DNA of 64,000 nt from Pecten maximus (lineage: Eukaryota). The stretch is taken from positions 1,736,001 through 1,800,000 of the forward strand of contig NC_047015.1 in assembly GCF_902652985.1 (NCBI RefSeq), in the 5' to 3' direction. Positions 49,860 through 60,784 of this stretch are shown one piece after another. The translations under genes and the position numbers were made by a program. The number at the start of each line of letters is the position of its first letter. Positions within the stretch are counted from its first letter, which is position 1. The notes beneath the pieces were generated by a model. It saw only the letters and a program-made list of their open reading frames with translations. It was not told where the DNA came from and made no database searches.

Positions 49860-52505
49860 TGCAATATTCTAAGTGGGGTCTTACCAAGGCTTTGAAGAGA
49901 TTGGAAAACATTTCTTCATCTAAATACATGAATGTCTTGAATATTAGACCAACTATCCAATTTGCTTTCTTTGCCTGGATGTTAACATGTTCCGTGAATT
50001 TGAGGTCGAAATAAACACCCAGATCCTTTTCGGTTCCCACTTTTTGAATAAAGTAAGTTCATAATCAGAAGGTTCATTTCCAGTGCTAATATTCATATGG
50101 TTACATTTCTCCTTGTTAAGCTTCATTTGTCCGGTTCCTGTGGAACCCCGCTTGTCTCTTGTACTGTGGTACACTTTTTCCCCGCTGATGGTGACCTGCC
50201 GCTCCATACCACATAAAAACCCTATACCATTTTCCTGTGTTACTCAAGATGCCGTATCCCTCGACTTTCTCCAGTAATCTTTGATGGGGAACAGTATCAA
50301 AGGCCATCTTGAAGTCAAGGTTCACTGTATCCACTTGTTTCCCAGTATCTAATGCCTCTGTCCAATCTTCCGTGACTTCTAGTATCTGAAGATTGCAAGA
50401 TCTTTTGCTTCTAAAACTGTATTGATGTTTTGAGAACAGCTCATTCCTGGCTATATGCTCCGTTACCCTATTTCTTATTGTCCTCTGGAGCATTTTACCA
50501 ATAACTGATATTAAGCTTACGGGCCAGTAGTTGCTACACTCCTGTATACTTCCCGACTTTAAGATTGGTATTACGTTTGCCTTTTTTCAGTCATCCGGGA
50601 GTCTTCCTTCCTTCATCGACTTATTAAACACTGCATTCAGTGGCCTAATGAGCTATTCTATTGTCTGCTTGATGAAATGAGGATGGATGTTGTCAGGACC
50701 TGGTGATTTTGATCCATCCATAGTCTTCACTGCAGCTTTGATTTCTTCATCTGTGATGTCGGTGTCAACCAAGTCGTACAAGATATTTTTTCTTAGGAAG
50801 TGTGGAATATTTTCATTCAACTCCTTGGTGTAAACACTGGCAAAGAATGTTGATAATGCCTCTGCCTTCTCATTCGACGTAAGTTCCCCTCCTCTACAAA
50901 AGAAATTTGAGACTGCGGCCTTCGTCTTGGTCTTGGAACGGGTGTACCTCCAGAACTGCTTCGGGATTGTTTTAATATTCAAAGCTACATCTCTTTCCTT
51001 GGTAAGTACCGAGTTCCTGACTAGATTGGTTGCCATATTCTGAGCCTGATCGTATTTCCTGTAGTTATTGTCAGACTTACAATGTAAGTATTTTTTCCAC
51101 TTCGTCCTCTTTGTTTTCAGTGCCTGAACCGCAGTTTGATTAAGTGTGTCTCCAGCTGCAACTAGGCTCCATCTTGTTGACCGGTACATATTTATCAAAA
51201 CTTCTTGATATTTTCTCAACAAGATACAAATGTAGTTCCATGCCTCATCTACCGACATCCTCTCCATACAAACCCAGTAATCAACCGCTAGATCTGTTTT
51301 GGTCTTCCTATAGTCTGCCTTGAAGAAGTTTCGTTTACTATTCAATGTTAAAAACAATAAAACAATGGTCACTCTTACCCAGACCAGACTGATAAGCCAT
51401 ATTATCCACCATGTAATCCTCATTTGTCAGGACAAGGTCTAACAATGATGGCACATTGTTTTCCCGAAATCTTGTTGACCGAGTCACATGTTGGTAGATA
51501 TATTTATCCTGCACCGCTTCCGTTGATTTTGTTGTATAATGAGTCTTGCTGGTTGTAGTAGACTGACTTTTCGAGATAGTCTTCTTCATATTAAAGTTAG
51601 AGTAACAATTCGATCATTGTTTTCAACGGTAGAGTTAGGGCTTCTATACACACAAGTCTTCCCTAGTATAATTATACAGAATACAGATTTCTTCAAATTG
51701 TCTACAATAGTAACTTCCTTCATATTCAGATTTTCCTTGATATAGGTTAACATTTCCCGAGTCAGATAGTCATTCTCTCCCGAGATGTTAGTGATCATAC
51801 TGTATCCATGTACTGCTGCAGATTTATCTCCAGGAAATGCTTCCTGGGTAAAACTTCTGTCAAAGCAACAATGTCGAATTCCTCATCAATTACAAGTGAC
51901 TTGAGTCCTATTATCTTGGTTAGGGTCAGAGTTAAGTATATTGGTTAAAAGGGGTTACGCCCTTTCAATGGGGGTGAGGATGGACTATATAACTGTATCC
52001 TCACTCTACGGTCGCCATCAGTTACATATGACTGATCTTAATTTTGGGCCCCGAGTATAGGGTTAAGTTCATATGTGTTGTGTACACCATCTCATGGTTC
52101 TGGCTGATCCTCTCTTTCTTTTCCGAAAATCTCCTTGCTCTCCTTTCCTTATACTCTAGCCTTTGTTGCACAGTTAGGCATCTCAGTAATATGACATCTT
52201 TAAACTTTGGACTTGCCTTGGAATTATTATTTCTGGCTTCCTCAAGGAGAAACTTACGTTGGCTTTTACTTCCAATCTTACAGACGAGTGGATGGTTTTC
52301 GTTAGCTTGGTGGGCCCCTATTCAGATAAACATCACCATGTTCAGATTAGCTACTCCAAAAGTAGGATCCTAGTTTCCTAACTAGTTTATCATCAGAAAT
52401 CTTGTCTTGTTTTGAGTCACCACTGTGGAGTTCTGGGAGATTAAAAAGAATGACATTATTTTCTTTGTCCTGTCTCTGGTGTAGTTCCTTAGTTCTAACA
52501 TCTAA
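49860..52505 (-). mobile_element. Degenerate CR1-type LINE (ORF1 remnant, APE endonuclease, internally deleted RT)
   Basis: ENNVILFNLPE (ORF1), DIVALTE, CVYRSPNS, SLLDLVLTN, LGKSDH, SPGPDNIHP, LDFKMAFDTVPHQRLL, EKDLGV, LVRPHLEYC; the GVPQG/YADD region is missing. Confidence 0.92.
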
Positions 52506-52507
52506 TG

Positions 52508-53290
52508 ACTAATATACATACAGGTTTGGGTATATGACCATTATAGACAGGTTTGGATATGTGACAAATATATACAGTTGTGTGTATGTGACCAATATAT
52601 ATAGAGTTGTGGATAACTACAAATACATACATATATTTATCCTGCAACTGCCACCGTTTTGTCGGAATACACCCACCAGATATATTTTGCTGTACGGCAG
52701 TGACAGAAAACAGCTGTATTTTGGAATCTTAGCACGTGTGTCAATTCGACTAGCATACTTCGAAACAATGTTTAAAAGGCGAACATATTTGGATTATTGT
52801 TGATACCGTTTCACTTCAAAATGATTATTTTTGTTTTGTTTGTTTTTATTGCATTATCAGTGTCTTATTATTCTCTATATACAGGTGTTTGTAAGTACAA
52901 ATGCAAATATGTATATAGGTGTGAATATTACAAATATATACATGTATATAGATGTGAATATGTTACAAATATCTATACAATTTTTGTATATTGGTATGAA
53001 TATGTTACAAATATATATACATTTTTGGATATGTGACCAAAATACATATACATGTATATATATAAAAGTGTGAATATCTACAAATATACATATGCAGGTG
53101 TGGATATATTACAAATATATACACAGGCGTGGATATGTGATCAATATATTTATAGTTGTGGATATGTTACAAATATATATACAGGTGCGGATATGTGACC
53201 AAAAAAAAACAAAATATATATATATATATACGTGTATACAGGTGCGGATATGTGATGTGGGTATATAACCAATGTGCACAGGTTTGGACA
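52508..53290. repeat. Diverged right-hand segment of the 27-bp minisatellite
   Basis: Degenerate ATATGTGACCAATATATACAGGTG units, interrupted at ~52640-52870. Confidence 0.8.
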
Positions 53291-53524
53291 TTTGACTATA
53301 CCTACATATTGTATTAAAGACTTGTTGCTCCAAATGTCTGCTAGAAATAAACACAATTGAAAACAAGATGCAAGTCCTCGAATACTTATTTATTTAATTA
53401 ATTACAAAATTATTGAATTGTGACATTATGCATTTTGAAAGATGTGAGTTTGAAGTACTGTTTAATATGAAGTGTGTGTTAACAATTTATCACAAATACT
53501 GGCAATATATTGAATTTCAATATA

Positions 53525-54225
53525 CAGTCTGCCCTCGACCTATCGCCACCTGAATCTAACCCATACCGCCATCCGCCACATTTATTAAAATACAAATGTC
53601 CCGAAACGCTACTGTATATATCTCCCTCGATGATCTCACCCTTTTGTTCTGATTTTGGCGATCAAGGAACTCTTAAGTGTTTTATTTATAAACATAGGAC
53701 ATTTTCTGTTTTCACATGCAAATTATACAGGTGACAAAGCTTTACGCTTGAATGATTTTCTATCGCTGAGATAGATCAATATTCGGATGTTTTTATGTCA
53801 CATCCGAAACTTATGGTTTGGCTTGAAATAAAAGCAGGACTCACTACTCACTTTGTGTTCCTATTGTGTATGGTATGAATGTTTGGATTCGCCAGTCTAG
53901 GTGGAAAAGCAACTGCCGAATACTTTCGCATAGATTTCGACAGATAATAACTGTTGGCACGCAGCACAAGCAGATCAATGTCTATAACCATAAATTTGTG
54001 ACTTATATAAAAATATATAGCCTATAGAATAATTGACTAACGATTATCCATTATGTACATGTGTATTGTAAATCATGTAACATTAAATTATCTGGTTAAC
54101 GTTGGTAACGCAATCTCTTATACCATCTCATGTTTGTAATTTCCATAATTTGATACTATCGCCACCCTCGTTATACCGCCATAACTGCCGTGGATGAAAT
54201 GTGGCGATATAATGAGGGTAGACGG
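53525..54225. mobile_element. Tc1/pogo-like MITE with TA target duplication
   Basis: TA|CAGTCTGCCCTCGACCTATCGCCAC ... GTGGCGATATAATGAGGGTAGACGG|TA, imperfect 25-bp TIR with subterminal TATCGCCACC repeats. Confidence 0.7.
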
Positions 54226-54375
54226 TAATATGAAATGTACATATAAATCAAAATGAAAATCAACTCTCACCAAGATCTTAATCAATATTAAAATTCTGTG
54301 TTCCAGGCACCACTTCTGAAACAAGAATATGTTAAAGCACAGAAAGAAAACTTGTCTGTGGTATGGTTACAAAAG

Positions 54376-54515
54376 TTACTCTTCGTTGTCTGTGACACCA
54401 GGCACTCTTTGGTGTGGTTTTGACCTTTTTGACCACTCAGACCATGACCCATCATACACAGATATGTCTTTTCCACATAAGTGTCCAGCTAGGGCAAGGC
54501 AGCATGCAGTGACAC
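54376..54515 (-). CDS. MPST: 3-mercaptopyruvate sulfurtransferase, exon 3 (alternative acceptors at 54560 and 54605)
   Basis: [28 protein letters not shown]...* carries the rhodanese C-terminal signature; acceptor TTTACAG|. Confidence 0.92.
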
Positions 54516-55302
54516 CTGTAAAGATGGGAAAGTATTGTACAAGGCAGCAGGCAGTGACACCTGTAAAGATGGGAAAGTATTGTACAAGGCAGCAGGCAGT
54601 GACACCTGTAAAGATGGGAAAGTATTGTACAAGCTCATCATATACTCCAATAGTTAACATTTTTGCTTCATCTTGCTCATAATGGACATCTTAAGGAGAA
54701 AGAATTTACTTTTTCTGCTACATGAATATAGATTTGACACATTTAACAATGAAAATTATGTCAGTATTGAAATAGTAATGTATGCATATGAATTCCGTTG
54801 CGATTGCGAGGACTCGCTAATTGATAATGGTACATCAATATCACATTCATTCCACATGGGAATTACTGTCTGGTGCATATGGCATTGAAACATCTAACAC
54901 ATCTTTTATTCTAACTAACTTTTAATTAACTAACAATATACAAGCTTTCACATGCTTTAATGCATAAGTTAGAGATATCAACTCCCACATCGCTGCACCC
55001 TCTCCCCCCGAAGAATGTTCAGACACCTGTAGCTGTCTAAGGTGGAGGAAAACCTTGTGTACCTTTGTTGGACAGCAAACTCTATTGATAGACATCATCT
55101 AGAGTAGAAGTCGACCTCCTACTGAAGTGGTCTACACCTCATGCTTGTATTTATATTGTTATATTATTTGGCTATCAATTCCTGCCAGCACACTATAGCC
55201 AGCTACCCAGGTGACAACAGCGACACCTGTACACATACATGGCAAAATGATCACTTTAAGAGTGTGATTCTAGAACGCCTATCATAGCATCATCATTGAA
55301 AG

Positions 55303-55663
55303 CATAACCCAACACTATCAAATACTTATAACACTAGCTGGTACCAAGATTTAATCCTGTACAAATACCTGATCCACATAACCCAACACTATCAAATACT
55401 TATAACACTGGTACCAAGATTTAATCCTGTACAAATACCTGATCCAGTACATAACCCAACACTATCAAATACTTAATAACACTGGTACCAAGATTTAATC
55501 CTGTACAAATACCTGATCCACATAACCCAACACTATCAAATACTTAATAACACTGGTACCAAGATTTAATCCTGTACAAATACCTGATCCACATAACCCA
55601 ACACTATCAAATACTTAATAACACTGGTACCAAGATTTAATCCTGTACTAATACCTGATCCAC
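55303..55663. repeat. ~71-bp tandem repeat that includes the MPST exon-2 donor site
   Basis: Five copies of TACCTGATCCA at ~55366, 55436, 55510, 55581 and 55652. Confidence 0.92.
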
Positions 55664-55813
55664 AGGAAGCAGCAATAGGTTTTTCTAAATCTATCTGAAC
55701 ATCAGCAAACACTGTCCTTAGATCAGCAGGATTCTTCACCTCCTTTGTCTCTGGATCAATAATGGAATCGTAGGGAATATTAACAGACCCAACAATATGT
55801 CCCCTCGGCGCTC
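55655..55813 (-). CDS. MPST: 3-mercaptopyruvate sulfurtransferase, exon 2
   Basis: GAPRGHIVGSVNIPY...KPIAASCGSG; TGTAG| acceptor and |GTATT donor, phase 1-1; the spliced loop CGSGVT is MPST-type rather than TST-type (CRKGVT). Confidence 0.93.
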
Positions 55814-56361
55814 CTACAATTAATGAACAATCAATATTTTATTCATCCGTATTAAAAGCATTAACATTTTTTAACTGACCATAATAATTGGCATAAAATT
55901 AAAAAGAATAAAAGTTTACAGTCGAATTGTACATTACATGAGTTAACTATTTACTGCCTAAAACAACAGATTTTAAACAAACTTCCAGAACATATTGTAA
56001 TCCTTCCTGTGATATTTATATATGTACATATTAATGAAATATACATGGGCATCGGATCATTACTTTTAACAGATAACAGGAAGGCAAGTAATCCCTCCAC
56101 ATGTCAAAATAGTTAAAGACAATTACACCCTTTGTGAATTAAAACCTGCCTCATAGGTAATAATTTTAAACATCTTATATTTTACTAGCACCTTGGTTAA
56201 ATACTAGTAGTTATTCATATAATCTATGTCAGAGTTTCTTATTAGAACATTCAGGACTGTACGTGCCAAACTTGGAATTCAAAGGCATTCAAACCTAATT
56301 ACACCTACAACTTTATATTTTTCATACATATATTTAATTTGTTGTCTACAACATGTGTTAC

Positions 56362-56941
56362 CCGTCTCTGGTTCTGGATCTGTGGCGTAAAATCTTCCAG
56401 AACTTCTGGCATCCACAAGCTGGAATTCTTTGTCCTCTATGTTTCTAACAATATCTTCAAAAGATTTCACCAATGTTTTATTCATCGAAGCAGAATAGGT
56501 TTCTTTTGAAAATGATGGTATTTCTGAAGATGTTGGATAACCTTCCAGACACCATTTTGGGAACCCTCCATTCAGAAGAGAAATTGATTTGTGTCCAAAG
56601 ATTTTGAATGTCCACCATGCTCGTGGGGCGGAAAAGAATCCATTTTCACTGTTGTCATAAATAATGACATGGGTGTTGTTACAGATCCCTAAATTACCAA
56701 CGTAGTCTTCAAAGTGGGACTGACGAGGAACTGTGTGACTGAACTGTGATGTTTTATCAGAACACTCGTCAATGTCGAAGAAAGAAGCTTTCGGTATATG
56801 TTTTTCAACATATTCCTTTCTACCATCCCTTTGTAAACTTGGCAAATGCCATGAAGCATCAAGAACTCGCATATTCTTCACATTTCCTGTCAGGGAATCA
56901 TGAAGCAACTTGGCAGAAATAAGCGTATTGAATTTCTTCAT
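56362..56941 (-). CDS. MPST: 3-mercaptopyruvate sulfurtransferase, exon 1 (spliced CDS 879 nt, 292 aa)
   Basis: VLDASWHLP, HIPKASFFDID, SAPRAWWTFKIFGH, LNGGFPKW, QLVDARSSGRF...PEP; donor G|GTAAC. Confidence 0.95.
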
Positions 56942-57356
56942 TATAGCTACCTAATTACTAAAATACTGTGTAAAAGAGTATCTAATTACTAAAATACAAT
57001 GTAAAAGACAGTCTCTAATTACTAAAATACTGTGTCAAAGAGTCTCTAATTACTAAAATACTGTGTAAAAGAGTCTCTGTCAGGCTATGTCAGTGGTCTG
57101 CTGGTGTTGACAGATCCAAGTCTGAAGGTTGTAAGAACCACACTTGAAGCTTGAAATGTTGCCGCTACAACCAAAGAAAAATAAATACACGGACTTCTAC
57201 TATTTATAGATTTAGGTTATTTGAATGGACCATTTTCTACTTTTATAATGTACATAATCTGATATTGTTCATTTATTTAATATATACTGTGCAATAAGCT
57301 TAATTAAGTGGTATTTTTATTTGGTATGTTATAAGCGATTTATGTTGTCAGTAAAG
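56942..57356. promoter_or_regulatory. Putative bidirectional promoter / 5'UTRs between head-to-head genes
   Basis: Divergent ATGs 415 bp apart; short tandem repeat CTAATTACTAAAATACTGTGTAAAAGAG at 56950-57078. Confidence 0.55.
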
Positions 57357-57503
57357 ATGGCGGATGAAGAGGAACAAGATTCGACAGAGTCTTTGGATGA
57401 GAAGAGTGACGACGAGGAGGAACCATCAGCTAGAAATGCACGAAAATGTTCCTGGCTTTCACAATCAATACTCAAGAAAGAGAATAAAGCCAGAGTGAAA
57501 CAG
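57357..57503 (+). CDS. First coding exon of an unidentified gene (MADEEEQDSTES...KKENKARVKQ)
   Basis: AAGATGGCG Kozak context, acidic N-terminus; probable donor CAG|GTGGAT in phase 0, matching the exon at 63947; exon end uncertain. Confidence 0.65.
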
Positions 57504-58294
57504 GTGGATAGCTTTCTAGATCAAAACACCTCTGGAACTAGCATGTCTGATCAGATCGACATCGACAGAGTGTCACAATGGAGTATCTGTTTTCTACAAA
57601 ATCGATCATAGTCATACATCCAGTACATATAAATGTTCAAACGCTTATTAGTTTTTATCATACAAGTGATATTTTCTTTAGTCCGTGTAGCCGAGAGAAA
57701 CAAGTTTTCTGTCATCGTGCTGGTTCACGGACATATTTACTGAAAAACCAAACGAAATGAAAATAACATGAGATAGGCCTATAGATATATCATCTAGGGA
57801 AGGTATTATGTCGAATATCAATACCTTCTGATGTGGTCAATCATTGTGTAAAAGGAACGGTTTGATGTTTCTTGTACAGGTTAGGAACTCCCCAGAAAGT
57901 GGAGATAGATTCCAGGCAACTTATATTAGTATTTTACGATTGAGTGCACCCAATTCAAAAACAAAAACAACATCAAAATATCGGATTTTGGTATATGAAA
58001 CTGATAAGCGGACCTGTTTTTCTTATCATAAACAGTTTTTGTTTGATTTTTTACCGATATTCACTTTTTTTTTGGGGGGGGGGGGGTCATGTAATAGGAC
58101 TGTAGTCTAAATGATATGTCAAAGGTCAACCCAGGTTTGAATTGAGTTAGTTCACTAGAAGTTCCGTCAAGTTTAAATAAATGCAATAAACTGCTCAACA
58201 AATGATACACAATACATGGTAGGTAAATTTATTGTACCCGCAGATGCCACTTATAATATATATATATTTCAGAATCATATGATTCCAACATTGC

Positions 58295-59396
58295 ATAGAA
58301 AACACAAACATGGGCACTAACGCTGGTTGTTTTACTGTATCCTAATCACAGAGAACACAAACATGAGTTACTGTATCCTAAACATAGACAACACAAACTT
58401 GAGTTACTGTATCCTAAACATAGAGAACACAAACATGAGTTACTGTATCCTAAACATAGACAACACAAATATGAGTTACTTTATCCTAAACATAGACAAC
58501 ACAAACATGAGTTACTGTATCCTAAACATAGACAACACAAACATGAGTTACTGTATCCTAAACATAGAGAACACAAACATGAGTTACTGTATCCTAAACA
58601 TAGAGAACACAAACATTAGTTACTGTATCCTAAACATAGACAACACAAGCATGAGTTACTGTATCGAGTTACTGTATCCTAAACATAAAGAAACATGAGT
58701 TACTGTGTCCTAAACATAAAGAAACATGAGTTATAATGTGTCCTAAACATAAAGAAACATGAGTTACTGTGTCCTAAACATAAAGAAACATAAGTTAATG
58801 TGTCCTAAACATGAAGAAACATGAGTTAATGTGTCCTAAACATAGAGAAACATGAGTTAATGTGTCCTAAACATAAAGAAACATGAGTTAATGTGTCCTA
58901 AACATAAAGAAACATGAGTTAATGTGTCCTAAACATAAAGAAACATGAGTTACTGTGTCCTAAACATAAAGAAACATGAGTTACTGTGTCCTAAACATAA
59001 AGAAACATGAGTTACTGTGTCCTAAACATAAAGAAACATGAGTTAATGTGTCCTAAACATAGAGAAACATGAGTTAATGTGTCCTAAACATAGAGAAACA
59101 TGAGTTAATGTGTCCTAAACATAAAGAAACATGAGTTAATGTGTCCTAAACATAAAGAAACATGAGTTACTGTGTCCTAAACATAAAGAAACATGAGTTA
59201 CTGTGTCCTAAACATAGAGAAACATGAGTTAATGTGTCCTAAACATAGAGAAACATGAGTTAATGTGTCCTAAACATAAAGAAACATGAGTTACTGTGTC
59301 CTAAACATAAAGAAACATGAGTTACTGTGTCCTAAACATAAAGAAACATGAGTTACTGTGTCCTAAACATAAAGAAACATAAGTTACTGTGTCCTA
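58295..59396. repeat. Compound minisatellite: 36-bp unit switching to a related 31-bp unit
   Basis: CATGAGTTACTGTATCCTAAACATAGACAACACAAA up to ~58665, then CATGAGTTACTGTGTCCTAAACATAAAGAAA. Confidence 0.95.
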
Positions 59397-59816
59397 TGTT
59401 AGTGTTGTGACGATGATTGGCAAGGATCAATTAGGGATTGTTTATGTCAATGTTGATGATCAATGGTATCCTCTCTAATCGATCATCAGGTAAGTTATTG
59501 TGCCGAATATTGAAAGTAGAACAGACTCTTGAGGGGACGCAACTCGAGTTTCCATTTGACACAAATGCAATAGTGGCCATGGGTTTATGTATTCTAATTT
59601 AATTCTGACTACAAACTTTATTCAATTATAGATTTTAAATTGTTTTAAATAGTTTAATTGTGTTTCTCTCTGCAACAATGCCCCAGAATCCGAAGCCAAC
59701 ATTTTGTCATCAGTGTAAACAACCCGACATAAACAAGACAATTTCCAAGCATTAGACGTTTTAAACAAATGAATACACTTTTAACACATAAAATTACTTA
59801 TCAGTATACTATTTTT

Positions 59817-60283
59817 CATCTTCGCTAGCCAAGACTTCTGATTACGTTACACTCCACGAACCCTTGACGGATATAGTCGTGTTCAAACCGTCGCGCCCTG
59901 GAATCTAATAATCGCGTTTTACATTCTGGCTTGGTTTCGCAGTAAACAAAATATGCGGCACCCAGTACAGAGCTACATTGCCGACTATGTCATGGCATTT
60001 TACCTAAATACAAAAATCACAATCTTTGGGGGAACATTCGCAGTGTTTGATCAATTCATATAAGTCATTGATCACATATCTCATCGAAATGACACCAAAC
60101 CTCGATGTGTGTTTGTAAACATCACCGATGAAGTAAATCGGTAACGCTTGTTTTGATTGGTCAAAAATTTCATGCGTGAAGGGTGGTAATTTCGAATCAC
60201 CGCTAGAGGGCCAGAACTGACGCCTCTATCTGCCAAGGGTTCGTGGAGTGTAACGTAATCAGAAGCCTTGGCTAGCGAAGATG
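59817..60283. mobile_element. MITE with ~65-bp TIRs and 9-bp TSD (ACTATTTTT)
   Basis: CATCTTCGCTAGCCAAGACTTCTGATTACGTTACACTCCACGAACCCTTG... / ...CAAGGGTTCGTGGAGTGTAACGTAATCAGAAGCCTTGGCTAGCGAAGATG; TSD at 59808-59816 and 60284-60292. Confidence 0.9.
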
Positions 60284-60784
60284 ACTATTTTTTAAACCTT
60301 ATATTTGTTAGATACATATTTAATTCGTAGATTCTTGAATTTGACTAGATCTTATGCTAACCGATGAGCAATTACAAAAACATGTTTCATGATGTCTTAG
60401 GATGTCACAAATGATTCTTGATCTTTGTACAAATGATGTTGCATGAAAACAGTGTTACTAGACATTGATTAGTTCATATTTTATATTTTTTAACTTGAAG
60501 GTGAATTCTTGTTGAATTTACATTTTACAATGTAGTAATTACTATGAATAACATTTGTTTGAAATCTTTAATTGCACAATTTTATTAAACCCATGTCTAC
60601 CATTACCATGGTCTCTCTCTAGTCAGCTGTTTATTATCATTACCATGGTCTCTCTCTAGTCAGCTGATTATTACTGCTTAAGGATTAATAAAAAAAACAA
60701 TTCTCAATATTTTTTACTTGGTGAATTATTTGATGATAAGTCCAAAAATCATAAAAATAATGTTTTAGAGCATTGTAGTACTAG

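Noticed and set aside
56279-56361. C-terminal part of ORF 56279..56941
   Set aside because: Intron read-through past the G|GTAAC donor
54376-56941. Calling the sulfurtransferase TST/rhodanese
   Set aside because: The active-site loop is CGSGVT (MPST type), not CRKGVT
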